Below, piece after piece: positions 9,861 to 19,422 of a DNA stretch of 64,000 nt. A program made the position numbers and the translations under genes. The DNA is from Leptospiraceae bacterium (GTDB lineage Bacteria > Spirochaetota > Leptospiria > Leptospirales > Leptonemataceae). Each line of letters begins with the position of its first letter. Positions within the stretch are counted from its first letter, which is position 1. The notes under the pieces were generated by a model. It was given only the letters and a program-made list of their open reading frames with translations, did no database searches and was not told the origin of the DNA. The stretch is from the NCBI GenBank assembly GCA_040217195.1, contig JAVJNR010000006.1, positions 32,001-96,000 of the forward strand, given 5' to 3'.

Positions 9861-11207
9861 CTATGAATTCGCATTGTCGGTTCGTCCGATGATTTGAGGT
9901 CTTCTCCCGGACCGCAGGACCAGGATCTGCCGGGGAGAACGAAGTAGTCTGCTTCGCCAATCCGTTACGGCAAATGTAAGAACTGTGGCCAGAAGTATCA
10001 ATGGGCCCATAAAATGCAGGAATGGCAGAATATAGCCCAGGGTCTGCAACTGGATTCCCCTCAGAAGAAAGGAGTTTATGAAAACCTTTACTGAATGAAC
10101 ATCTGGCCAGAGTGCAAGCAGCAATAGGAACCAGAAGATTGCAGTTCTGGCGCGAAGGCCCATTCTTCGGTTTAGATAGAGAAGGAAGGGAAAGTAAAGG
10201 AGCAGATAATGATTCCAGAATATTCCCATCAAAACCGGGGGAATTATCATTATTGCAAGCCGCTGGTGTAGGCCAATCCTTGATGAAGTGGCATAGATGA
10301 AAAGTAAGGTTCCTATGAATAGCCTGATGATCATAGAAATAAGCGATGGATTCTCCGGGGCTGGTTCCCAGTGGAAATGATTCATCCAGTTCGGCGCAAA
10401 GCTGATCTTATGAATCAGTGCAGACAGACTTGCATTATTGTAAGCGAGAATAGAAATTTCACCGTGAGCCACAGTTTGATTCCAGAAATCCAGCATTGGA
10501 CCCGGAAGCCACAGGATCTGAATTCCGAGTAGTAGAAGAAGGCTAACAATAAGTAGCAGGAAAAGCTTTAGATTTCGGTCGATTAGCGGAACTGCCAATA
10601 AAAATGCAGCCCAGGGTTTGATAAGAACTGCAAGAATAAAAAATCCAATCGAATAGCCCCTATGGTCTTTGCGAACCCGGTAAAAATAGACCGGAATAAG
10701 AAGAGCTAAAAATTCAATGTTCTGTCCATATTGTAAGGAATCGAAGATCGCATCCGTCATACTTAGCAGCCCTATGATCAATAGACCCGTTATGTAACTT
10801 CGACTCCATTTATCAGCCAGTTGAGCCAGGAGGATAGACAGCCCGATGATCTTGAGCAATAGAAACACGATCTTAAAGGCCTGAAAAGATCCGAGCAATA
10901 AAAGTGGAGAGATTAAAAGCAGGTAGGCTGGTAGATAAAGGAACGATGTGTCTGTGGCCATCCCATCCATTTGTTGCGATTCAAACTCAACCCAGGCTTT
11001 GCTCCTTGTCTGGCCGTAGGCGCTATTTTTGTAGATCGTCTCACCCTGACCGCTCCAGAGGAGATTTGCGGCAACATAGGTGGGAGATAAATCCACGTGG
11101 CGCTCCATATCCAGGCCCTGACGGAAAGTGGAAAATAAGAGAAAGAGCAGGGCAAAGATAAAGAAGGAAATCTTAAGATTCTTCATTGGAATGCTCTCTT
11201 GCTTCAC
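9861..11207 (-). CDS. GT87/DUF2029-like membrane glycosyltransferase (GT-C fold)
   Basis: Polytopic; DL..TYVAA, FLYLP, YGQN, LIKP, NNASL and WNHY motifs. Confidence 0.65.
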   Translation of the reverse strand: MKQESIPMKNLKISFFIFALLFLLFSTFRQGLDMERHVDLSPTYVAANLLWSGQGETIYKNSAYGQTRSKAWVEFESQQMDGMATDTSFLYLPAYLLLISPLLLLGSFQAFKIVFLLLKIIGLSILLAQLADKWSRSYITGLLIIGLLSMTDAIFDSLQYGQNIEFLALLIPVYFYRVRKDHRGYSIGFFILAVLIKPWAAFLLAVPLIDRNLKLFLLLIVSLLLLLGIQILWLPGPMLDFWNQTVAHGEISILAYNNASLSALIHKISFAPNWMNHFHWEPAPENPSLISMIIRLFIGTLLFIYATSSRIGLHQRLAIMIIPPVLMGIFWNHYLLLYFPFLLYLNRRMGLRARTAIFWFLLLLALWPDVHSVKVFINSFLLRGIQLQTLGYILPFLHFMGPLILLATVLTFAVTDWRSRLLRSPRQILVLRSGRRPQIIGRTDNANS

Positions 11208-11754
11208 AACGGCTCAATCTCTGTACTAGTGATTCCATCAATTTGTTTAGTTTTTCCTTTTCCTTTCTGCTGTTGAAACGTGCGGAAAATGGAAGAGTCA
11301 AAGACATATTGAATTGTGCAAATTGAATGCCATCCTGGAACCGTCGCGAACTATAGATCAATGTATAATGCGAGAAAATATTTCTCTGCCAGAACCGGTA
11401 TCCGAATAACTGGCCACCCTGGTTTAGGTTCAAAAGATCCTTCCCGAGTTCTGGTTCTGGAAGCAATAGCAACTGAGTACGCTGGTCATCCTCCCGGAAG
11501 TACAGACCATCCGGTGTTGCGGAACTGGCGATGTGACCTGTATCTTTACCCTCGGAAATAAGAAAACTCCGGGCCATGGCCTCAGGTTTAAAGCAATAAT
11601 CGAATTCTTCGGTTTCAGGCAAATAGATGGAGCGAATGTGTGTCACGCTTGGCCTGGCCAGATTTTCCAGCAGGCAGAACCCAAGAAAGATGGATAGTGC
11701 GATGCTGATCCGGCGTAATTTCCTCATTTTGTTTGTTCTAAGCGAGCTACTCAT
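11173..11754 (-). CDS. Hypothetical protein with N-terminal membrane anchor/signal peptide
   Basis: 193 aa ORF co-oriented with and overlapping the GT87 gene; basic-then-hydrophobic N-terminus. Confidence 0.6.
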   Translation of the reverse strand: MSSSLRTNKMRKLRRISIALSIFLGFCLLENLARPSVTHIRSIYLPETEEFDYCFKPEAMARSFLISEGKDTGHIASSATPDGLYFREDDQRTQLLLLPEPELGKDLLNLNQGGQLFGYRFWQRNIFSHYTLIYSSRRFQDGIQFAQFNMSLTLPFSARFNSRKEKEKLNKLMESLVQRLSRCEAREHSNEES

Positions 11755-11822
11755 ATTAGGCGCCTACTATTGATTTAGCTGTCAAGGTCTTCCAGGTTCT
11801 ATCCAAAAGAATGCCGATTCCT

Positions 11823-13865
11823 TCAATTATCTTTAGTTGTGTCCCCATCGTTGCTTACATTCTCCTGACATTCATTGATCAAGCCGAAAGGATCAGATAT
11901 ACTGCCCTGCCCAATGGATCGCAACTGCGCGGATCGTTGGTAACCCAGCAGGCAGGCTGCATTGGAATGACTATTGCGAATGCATTGCAAAAAAGCCTCT
12001 CTGGCTTCCGATTGGTATCGCTCAATATTCGGAACTGTTTGCCAGCGAAAAAGTGCCAGGCTTGCATTCTTCCGTAACCAGGCAGGATCCATAAAACTTT
12101 CTGGCAACAGGCGCCACGGATTCTCGTATTCCCCGGCTGTCCCCAGGTTTGGCGGCGCGATCTTGAAAAAAGCTACGCCCTGGCATTCAACGATTGGAAC
12201 ACCAATACCAAGGTAAGATCGGGCAATATTCCTGACCTCTTTTTCAAGTCTGAAGTGTTCTACTGAAACAATTGTGCAAAGTAGAGCGAATATTCCGGAG
12301 GTCCACATAAGGGTCGATTCCCGGATGGAGGAATGCTTCCAATTCTTAAAGCTGTATCCGGTGGAGAGTAACCCTCCCCAGAAGAGGAACGAAATGGCTG
12401 GAATATCGAGAAGGAACTCTACCAATCCATGAAGCATTATTCCGCCAAGCAGGGCCATTGCTGCACCGTGCCCGGCACGATGCCGGTCTGGCAGAATCGC
12501 GCTGAGCATCATCGAAAAAAAAGCGAGTAATCCGAGCCATCCGAAACTATTTACAAATTCTATTACTACGTTGTGGCTGTGCACGTACAGTCCGTCCGTC
12601 CCTCGAAGGAGGCCGATCACTTCATTTGAAGTCTCATGGTTTGATTCGGCGAGAAATACAGCCAAATGATCCATCACAAATGGCCCGCCTCCAACGGTCT
12701 GACCAATGATACCTCGATTGAAGATCAGCTCCAGATAGTTGCCCCAAAGGGGAAGCCTTGCATGACTAACAGAGTCCATGGTCACCAGCGTGGGTTGGTT
12801 TTGCAGGATCATCAGGGAAAAGATTGTGATTATCGAAACAATCAGGGGCATACAGGCAGCCCCAATCAATAAAAACGGTCGGCGACTAATGGGATTCATG
12901 CGGGACATTAAGAGGACAAGTGAGCCGTAAACCAGTGCCAGCAATGCTCCTTCTGATGAAAGCAGCAATACTATCATACACCCTGAACTCAGTACCAATA
13001 GGGGCAGCGCCGGTCTCAACAACTTTCTAAATCGGTCAAGAGACCCTTTTACCGGCCAGTCGTATTCACGGAGGGTTGCGGCTACAAATACTACTCCGTA
13101 TGCCAGGTATGCAGCGACCCGATTAGGGTTTATCTCATATACTACCGTTTTAAATAGGGTTTCCGGGCGAAGTAGCGCTAGCGCCGAGTAGATGATAAGA
13201 TTAATTAAAAGTGCTATACCGATTGCAGAAATCAGAAATTTTCTTGGAAGACCCAGCCACAGAAAGGCCGGCAGCAAGAACAGGGCGCCTGTGCGAAGAA
13301 GGGAAAAATAAGAGTCTGAATAGACCGAACCCAACAAGCTGAGGGCGATGAAACTTAAGAAAGACCCAATGAGCACTTTTTTCTCGCTTAATCGACCAAG
13401 AATTAGACGGTAATTTAATCCGGGGAGAATAATCGCGGGCAATACTAAGGCGGACGGTGCGAAATGAAACCATCCATCCATGAATATCCCACTCAGTGTA
13501 AGCGCCACAGTTCCGGCCCATACTTTCCGAGCCGACCATTTGAGTTGGCTCGAAATGAGAAAGAACAGAAGATGGAAGACCAGGAGGTAAGGGGTAGCCT
13601 GTGCTGTGCCCGGGAGATCTTCGGGCCGTTGCAGGATAGCCCGGGAAAAGTAGGACAGAGCCATGGTGAGAACAGAGAGAATGTGTAGAATTGAAATGCG
13701 ATATTTCTTACGAAGGAAGCCCCGGATCAGGTAGCCCAGCAGAAACAGAAGAAAGTATATCCCAACGATCTTAATCGCATTTCTGGGAACTACCGAGGCC
13801 ATCATGACCAGTGCTATTAGCTGCAAGGCACATCCTGAAAGAGCTATCAGTTGTTCACGCTTCAT
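11823..13865 (-). CDS. O-antigen ligase-like polytopic membrane protein with soluble C-terminal domain
   Basis: Many TM segments; NPN, ARLPLW, HSHN..IE...FGWLG and HGLVEF motifs. Confidence 0.65.
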   Translation of the reverse strand: MKREQLIALSGCALQLIALVMMASVVPRNAIKIVGIYFLLFLLGYLIRGFLRKKYRISILHILSVLTMALSYFSRAILQRPEDLPGTAQATPYLLVFHLLFFLISSQLKWSARKVWAGTVALTLSGIFMDGWFHFAPSALVLPAIILPGLNYRLILGRLSEKKVLIGSFLSFIALSLLGSVYSDSYFSLLRTGALFLLPAFLWLGLPRKFLISAIGIALLINLIIYSALALLRPETLFKTVVYEINPNRVAAYLAYGVVFVAATLREYDWPVKGSLDRFRKLLRPALPLLVLSSGCMIVLLLSSEGALLALVYGSLVLLMSRMNPISRRPFLLIGAACMPLIVSIITIFSLMILQNQPTLVTMDSVSHARLPLWGNYLELIFNRGIIGQTVGGGPFVMDHLAVFLAESNHETSNEVIGLLRGTDGLYVHSHNVVIEFVNSFGWLGLLAFFSMMLSAILPDRHRAGHGAAMALLGGIMLHGLVEFLLDIPAISFLFWGGLLSTGYSFKNWKHSSIRESTLMWTSGIFALLCTIVSVEHFRLEKEVRNIARSYLGIGVPIVECQGVAFFKIAPPNLGTAGEYENPWRLLPESFMDPAWLRKNASLALFRWQTVPNIERYQSEAREAFLQCIRNSHSNAACLLGYQRSAQLRSIGQGSISDPFGLINECQENVSNDGDTTKDN

Positions 13866-13974
13866 TGGTTGTTATCCAACGCGGCTCTCCAGAAAAAAAT
13901 CCGAAGGACCGCGAGCCACGTTAGGCCCGGGTCCACCGGCCCGTCCAGTCTTTCCCCAATTCTTGAGTAGGATC

Positions 13975-14298
13975 TTAGCTAAACATATGCGTTTTGGTAG
14001 CCAGCGGAATCAGAACAACAGCCAGGTTCATAATAATGGCCAGAAGCCCCGGAACACCCCTCTTCTGAATCCAGCCAATTATCCCCAGCACAAAACCCAA
14101 TCCGGCCAGGATAGCCATAGCAAGGCCCTGCATATCCGAGGCATCCTCATAGGACTGCCACAGCCGACGATCCATGTCGCTTTCATGGACACGCTCGAAA
14201 AATGCCTGCTCATTGGGATGAGTTTCTACCAGATGATAGATGCCAACCCCCAGTCCCAGAATACCCAGTAACATTGCTGCGATTGTTAATTTGCTCAT
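13975..14298 (-). CDS. Small hypothetical membrane protein
   Basis: 107 aa with three hydrophobic segments; GGAG upstream of the start. Confidence 0.65.
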   Translation of the reverse strand: MSKLTIAAMLLGILGLGVGIYHLVETHPNEQAFFERVHESDMDRRLWQSYEDASDMQGLAMAILAGLGFVLGIIGWIQKRGVPGLLAIIMNLAVVLIPLATKTHMFS

Positions 14299-14517
14299 TG
14301 AATTTCTCCATTGACCCCGGTAGCATTCGAAAACGCATGATTGTCAGGTTATTGGACAACCGAAAGCCCTCTGAAGACTATTAGTCAGTCTATGGGTATC
14401 AAGGAAAAACTACAAACCCTGATACGAATTTCATCCGCATTAACCAACCGTCGGGGCGACTTTGACTACAGAATTGGACCAATAATCCGACAGGAATTCC
14501 TGACGGCTTAAGTGAAG

Positions 14518-15489
14518 TTACGGGCTGCCGGTTTCAATGCGAATTCCCAGATAAATCATGGATTCCGTTTCTATCCTAGTAGAGTTGAGAGAGTTCCAAT
14601 CTCGAATAATGGCCCAGGGGGCGGAAACCGGATCACCAAAATAAGTTGCGCTTCGGATGAAGTAATCCATCCGGCTCTGGCGACGGTGCAAGCCAATCAG
14701 CAGGTATTGCTTGAGACGGCCTGTATTGGACGTTAAGTCCCATTCAATGGGAGCTAACAATCTAAGATGCATGCCTATCGTGGCCACCCTCAATCCCAGG
14801 TGGTATTGTTCGAATAGTGCTGTCGTACCCTGGAAGCTTGTTCCCTGCGACTCTTGCTTTCCTTCACCCCAAATGGAAAAATAAGGCTCTACTTCCCATT
14901 TGGCAGCCGTTCCCAGGTTCGTGCGAAACAGTGTAGATATTTCTATAGATTGCCAGCGTTGATCATAGTTGCGAAATCCCAGTACTCCAACTCCATTGGC
15001 CAGCGGGAAGGCTTCATAATCAAAGTCCTCCTGTCTGGAGTTGAAGATCAAAAAGGTGCCTAGACTCCAACCGCTGCCCTTAAACCTGTATCCTGCTCCG
15101 GCCTCCGCCCGATAGGCTCCAGCGTTACTGGTAATGCCTTTCTGCGCATAGAACTGGCCTGCCCATGGATCCAGAACGAATTGATTTCGGCTGGTATCAT
15201 TGGGTGGGCTTTCGACGATCTCTGCCGCTAAACCCAGGCGAAGGACCCATGAATTCCAGCTGAGGCTGCTACTGAATTCCGGGCGGTAAAAGGCCACTGG
15301 ACTTAGATTGCTCAGGCCCACTACGGAATTGCCCGGGAAACGTTCCCGGGCATAATAGGTATCATAAAGAGAGCTATCCAATACCCCGGCCCCTAGCATT
15401 AAATCCGTCGTGACTTTCGGGGATTCCGCATTGCTGACTGACCAGGAAAATAAACTCAGGGACATTAATAGCAGCCCACGATAGATCAT
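14518..15489 (-). CDS. Hypothetical exported protein, probable outer-membrane beta-barrel
   Basis: Signal peptide; aromatic/Gly-rich alternating strands (YRAEAGAGYRF, MIYLGIRIE). Confidence 0.6.
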   Translation of the reverse strand: MIYRGLLLMSLSLFSWSVSNAESPKVTTDLMLGAGVLDSSLYDTYYARERFPGNSVVGLSNLSPVAFYRPEFSSSLSWNSWVLRLGLAAEIVESPPNDTSRNQFVLDPWAGQFYAQKGITSNAGAYRAEAGAGYRFKGSGWSLGTFLIFNSRQEDFDYEAFPLANGVGVLGFRNYDQRWQSIEISTLFRTNLGTAAKWEVEPYFSIWGEGKQESQGTSFQGTTALFEQYHLGLRVATIGMHLRLLAPIEWDLTSNTGRLKQYLLIGLHRRQSRMDYFIRSATYFGDPVSAPWAIIRDWNSLNSTRIETESMIYLGIRIETGSP

Positions 15490-15641
15490 AACCTACGAGA
15501 AAGAGTGTTCCAGAGAATAGCAATAAAAAAGGCCGCAAAAAAGCCTCAAAAATTAGGTTTAACATCTGCGATCTTTGGTCGTCCAATACAGAACTGCTAC
15601 AGAAAAGCCCGGACGAGATAACACCGGGTAAGGAAGATTCT

Positions 15642-16757
15642 ATGCAAAGAAAGCAAATACTGATATTTCCTATTTCCGTTCTGGCTGTGGTGGCCTTACT
15701 TTTGGCACCTCAGAAATCGGAAGCGCAGGTAACATGTGTGGGCTCAGCCTGCTCTGTGAGCCCTATACCGGCTTCCAGCTTTAATGATACTCTGGCAGCT
15801 TTTAAACTACAGTTTGCGGATCCATTGGCCAAGGACATGGTGGATGCAAGCGTACTGGCAGGTATTGGAAGCGTGCCCATGGGCTCCATAAACATGGATG
15901 GCTGGACTGTAGGTCTGGGAGTTGTGGGAACCAATGAGCCAGAGTCCTTTACCAACGTTGTAGTTCCGGACATTGGCGCTTATTACAATGTCAAGACTGT
16001 GGGTGTAGGGCTCAGTCCGCGAATCTACGGTGGGGTCAACATGGGATTGTTCTTTGAAAAGACCCCCATGTATCGAGTTGCGAATCGTTTTGAGGTATAC
16101 CTCAGTCTGTTCGATGCACGTTACACCTACGGTGGAGAAACCAAACTGGAGACCCTGAGCTCCGGCCTTCGTCCCACGGATCAAACGAAGGTAAGTGCGT
16201 ACTACCGAGGTCTGGATATTCGCTACCAGCTTGTAAAACGAGACAAAAGGGCCAGTCCGCTATTTCGCTGGAACGGCCTAACTCTTGGTCTTGGGTTTCA
16301 TCATACCAGGCAGTCCATTTCTTACTATCAGGTTAACTCCTCCATTCAGATCGCTCAGTTCAGCGGCGGCCAAATCATCTGGAACGGAAATAATCAGGCC
16401 AATATGGATACGAATATAACCTCGGTACCAATTGAATTTATGACCGGGATTCAGCTTCTGTATTTTCTCAACCTTAACATTGGGGGTGGAGTCTCTATCA
16501 ACAAAGGGTCCACAAACTTCACGGTTAACCGGTTCGGACCAATCTTTCTGGCCTCTGAACTGGAAAAGGTTGCTGGTGTGCAAGCTCCCGAGGCCAGCCT
16601 ATTCATGAACGTTCCTGGCGATGGGCCTGTAGATCGATACACTGGATTTGGCCGCCTGGGTCTTACCTTCAACATCTGGGTTGTGAAACTGGATGTTGAA
16701 GCCATGACAGCCGGTAGTACTCAGGGAGTTCAGATAGGGCTTCGCATGGAATTCTAG
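15642..16757 (+). CDS. Lsa36-like leptospiral surface/outer-membrane protein
   Basis: Signal peptide followed by VTCVGSAC; WNGLTLG, SVPIEFMTGIQLLYFL; ends in C-terminal Phe; family recognised from memory. Confidence 0.6.
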   Translation: MQRKQILIFPISVLAVVALLLAPQKSEAQVTCVGSACSVSPIPASSFNDTLAAFKLQFADPLAKDMVDASVLAGIGSVPMGSINMDGWTVGLGVVGTNEPESFTNVVVPDIGAYYNVKTVGVGLSPRIYGGVNMGLFFEKTPMYRVANRFEVYLSLFDARYTYGGETKLETLSSGLRPTDQTKVSAYYRGLDIRYQLVKRDKRASPLFRWNGLTLGLGFHHTRQSISYYQVNSSIQIAQFSGGQIIWNGNNQANMDTNITSVPIEFMTGIQLLYFLNLNIGGGVSINKGSTNFTVNRFGPIFLASELEKVAGVQAPEASLFMNVPGDGPVDRYTGFGRLGLTFNIWVVKLDVEAMTAGSTQGVQIGLRMEF

Positions 16758-16808
16758 AGTTTGCAGATACTTTCATCTTCCAGAAAGAATAGTTTCCGGG
16801 AGATGATC

Positions 16809-16836
16809 AAAAGGGCTCCGTTCAGGGAGCCCTTTT
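16809..16836 (+). terminator. Intrinsic terminator (possibly bidirectional)
   Basis: AAAAGGGCTCC-gttcag-GGAGCCCTTTT, about 50 bp after the stop of the upstream gene. Confidence 0.7.
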
Positions 16837-16941
16837 GAATTTATAGAACAAGCCTCATCATTTTCAGTCATCACAATGCGCCATGGCTTTGTGGCCAAAA
16901 GCGGTTTTACAGCACAGGGCCGACCGGGAAGCTGGCCCGAC

Positions 16942-18171
16942 ATGGCTCTCATCGTACAGAAATTCGGCGGGACTTCCGTGGGGGACACGGACAGGATTCG
17001 CTCCGTAGCAAATAGAATTAAAACTTACTATGAGCATGGCCATCAGCTGGCTGTAGTTGTGTCTGCCATGGGCAAAACCACCGATCGATTGGTGGATATG
17101 GCCCAGGAGTTGAACGATAATCCTCGAGCCAGAGAGCTGGATATGCTTTTGGCTACAGGCGAACAGGTTAGCATTGCATTGCTGGCCATGGCTCTGGACG
17201 GAATGGGAGTGCCCGCCATCAGCTTTACAGGCGGTCAGGTAGGTATTATTACAGATACGAAACACTCATCGGCTCGAATTCAGGAAATTGATACAACCAG
17301 GATTCGTCCCTATCTTGAGCAAAGACAGGTCTGCATTGTAGCCGGATTCCAGGGAGTGGACAAGGAAGCAAACATTACTACCCTGGGACGCGGAGGTTCA
17401 GACCTGACAGCGGTTGCTCTGGCTGCAGCTCTCCAGGCCGATGAATGTGAAATTTTTACAGATGTGGATGGAGTCTACACTACGGACCCGAACAAAGTGC
17501 CCACTGCCCGTAAAATGAAAGCGATCGCATACGAAGAGATGCTGGAACTGGCCCGCCTGGGAGCCGGAGTCCTTCATTCTCGCAGTGTTGAAGTAGCCTC
17601 AAAATATGGAATCGTAATTCATGTTCGGTCCAGTTTTAATAACGCAGAAGGAACCAGAGTGGTGCCAGAGGATCAAGTTATGGAAAAAGTAGTTGTACGC
17701 GGAGTAACTCTTAAGACAGACGAAGCTAGAATTTCGGTGATTGATATTCCCGATCGCCCAGGTCTTGCTGCCAGTCTGTTTAATCGCCTGGCACGGGCCG
17801 ATGTAAACGTTGATATGATTGTCCAGAGCTCGGGGAAGGAAAATCAAAATACCATTTCTTTCACAGTTCCGCGAAACACCTTAAAGGTGACTCGAGAAGT
17901 TGTGGATGGCTTTCTTTCGGAGCAGCAGGCTGGAAGTCTGGAAATAGATGAAAAGATTGCCACGATATCTGCGGTGGGAATAGGTATGAAATCTCATTCT
18001 GGCGTTGCTGCATCCATGTTCGATGCACTGGCTCACAACGAAATTAATATCGAAATGATTTCCACATCTGAAATCAAGATTACAGTGGCTGTAAAGGAAG
18101 AGCAGGGACGTAAAGCTCTTGAAGTAGTGCACAATGCCTTTGGTCTGGATAAAACAGGTGAGGACTCCTGA
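16942..18171 (+). CDS. lysC: Aspartate kinase
   Basis: MALIVQKFGGTSVG, VVVSAMG, TTLGRGGSD, TDVDGVYTTDP and two ACT domains; start moved to ATG 16942. Confidence 0.95.
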   Translation: MALIVQKFGGTSVGDTDRIRSVANRIKTYYEHGHQLAVVVSAMGKTTDRLVDMAQELNDNPRARELDMLLATGEQVSIALLAMALDGMGVPAISFTGGQVGIITDTKHSSARIQEIDTTRIRPYLEQRQVCIVAGFQGVDKEANITTLGRGGSDLTAVALAAALQADECEIFTDVDGVYTTDPNKVPTARKMKAIAYEEMLELARLGAGVLHSRSVEVASKYGIVIHVRSSFNNAEGTRVVPEDQVMEKVVVRGVTLKTDEARISVIDIPDRPGLAASLFNRLARADVNVDMIVQSSGKENQNTISFTVPRNTLKVTREVVDGFLSEQQAGSLEIDEKIATISAVGIGMKSHSGVAASMFDALAHNEINIEMISTSEIKITVAVKEEQGRKALEVVHNAFGLDKTGEDS

Positions 18172-18211
18172 GGTTTTTCGATTTGCATCGGCGGACGGCA
18201 GATTAGATTAT

Positions 18212-18296
18212 TGAATCCATTCGCGGGATTCACATTCAATGAGTAAACTGAATCCATCGGGCGGGATTCGCATCCAATGAGTAAACTGAATCCATC
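18212..18296. repeat. Imperfect 37-38 bp tandem repeat (about 2.3 copies) spanning the murI start
   Basis: TGAATCCAT..GCGGGATTC.CAT.CAATGAGTAAAC begins at 18212 and 18249; partial third copy at 18287. Confidence 0.85.
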
Positions 18297-19194
18297 ATCT
18301 CCGATAGGGGTCTTCGATTCTGGCATGGGCGGACTAACCGTGCTTTCTGAGCTGGTATCGGCCCTGCCGCAAGAGGATTTTATTTACCTGGGGGATACGG
18401 CTCGAGTTCCGTATGGCTCCAGGTCACCGGGAACCATTCTTAGATACAGCCGCGAAGTTAGCCAGTACCTGATGCAATTCGATATCAAGATGCTGGTCAT
18501 AGCCTGCAATACAGTTAGTGCGCACGCTGAATCAATTATACGGAAAGAACTTCCCTGTCCTGTAATAGGAGTGATTCATCCCGGAGCTCGTGCAGTGGTT
18601 TCCCAGTCCCGGTCCGGGCGTGTAGGTGTTATAGGCACTCGATCCACGATAAAGTCCGGTGCCTATGAGCGCGAGATTCGTTCTTTGAATCCTGAATTGA
18701 GTGTTTTTTCCAGAGCCTGTCCTCTTCTGGTCCCTGTTGTAGAGGAAGGCTGGATGGATAAGAAGCTCACTCATCAGATTATTCAGGAGTATCTGAGCGA
18801 AATGGTGCGTGAAGAAGTGGACTCTCTGGTTCTGGGTTGTACGCACTATCCACTTCTAAAAAAAGCGATTAAGGATCAGTATCCGGATCTTAACCTCATC
18901 GATTCCTCTGTGGAAACGGCCCTGGCCGTAAAACAGCAGCTGGTGGAAGCTTCCCTTTTAAACTCCAGAACCTTGCCGGAAGATCCGGCCAGAAAAACCC
19001 AGACCCCGGCAGACCCCGGCAGAGAAAATCCGACAGCCTCTGATTCTGGCTCCACAGAAAATACAAAAACCGGCTCTGGATCAGTTCGAATTTTACTTAC
19101 CGACGTTACCGATCATATAGAGAGTCTGGAACGTTTGTTTTTCAGACATCCATTTCAGTCCCTGGAAGAAGTGCAAATCGATGATCTGTCCTGA
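18277..19194 (+). CDS. murI: Glutamate racemase
   Basis: PIGVFDSGMGGLTV, DTARVPYG, IACNT and LGCTHYP motifs. Confidence 0.95.
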   Translation: MSKLNPSSPIGVFDSGMGGLTVLSELVSALPQEDFIYLGDTARVPYGSRSPGTILRYSREVSQYLMQFDIKMLVIACNTVSAHAESIIRKELPCPVIGVIHPGARAVVSQSRSGRVGVIGTRSTIKSGAYEREIRSLNPELSVFSRACPLLVPVVEEGWMDKKLTHQIIQEYLSEMVREEVDSLVLGCTHYPLLKKAIKDQYPDLNLIDSSVETALAVKQQLVEASLLNSRTLPEDPARKTQTPADPGRENPTASDSGSTENTKTGSGSVRILLTDVTDHIESLERLFFRHPFQSLEEVQIDDLS

Positions 19195-19422
19195 AATCCG
19201 GGCGCAGACCAGATCTATTTCATCGTCTGCCTAAAACCTACACGCCGAACGTAAAAGCTACCTGGCTCAATGAAGGTCCAAATTGATTCGCCGCATCCAG
19301 AGGACGTTGGTTTCGAAGGGATCTGGAGTAAACCGGAAGTGAGAAATCTAAATCAGCAATCGGAAAATTGAATCTCTATTAGTATTGCTTGCGCTGGATT
19401 TGAGGGCTGATAGCAAGAGCGT

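Noticed and set aside
16758..16941. Lysine riboswitch upstream of lysC
   Set aside because: The gap is short, is partly occupied by the upstream terminator and shows no L-box consensus.
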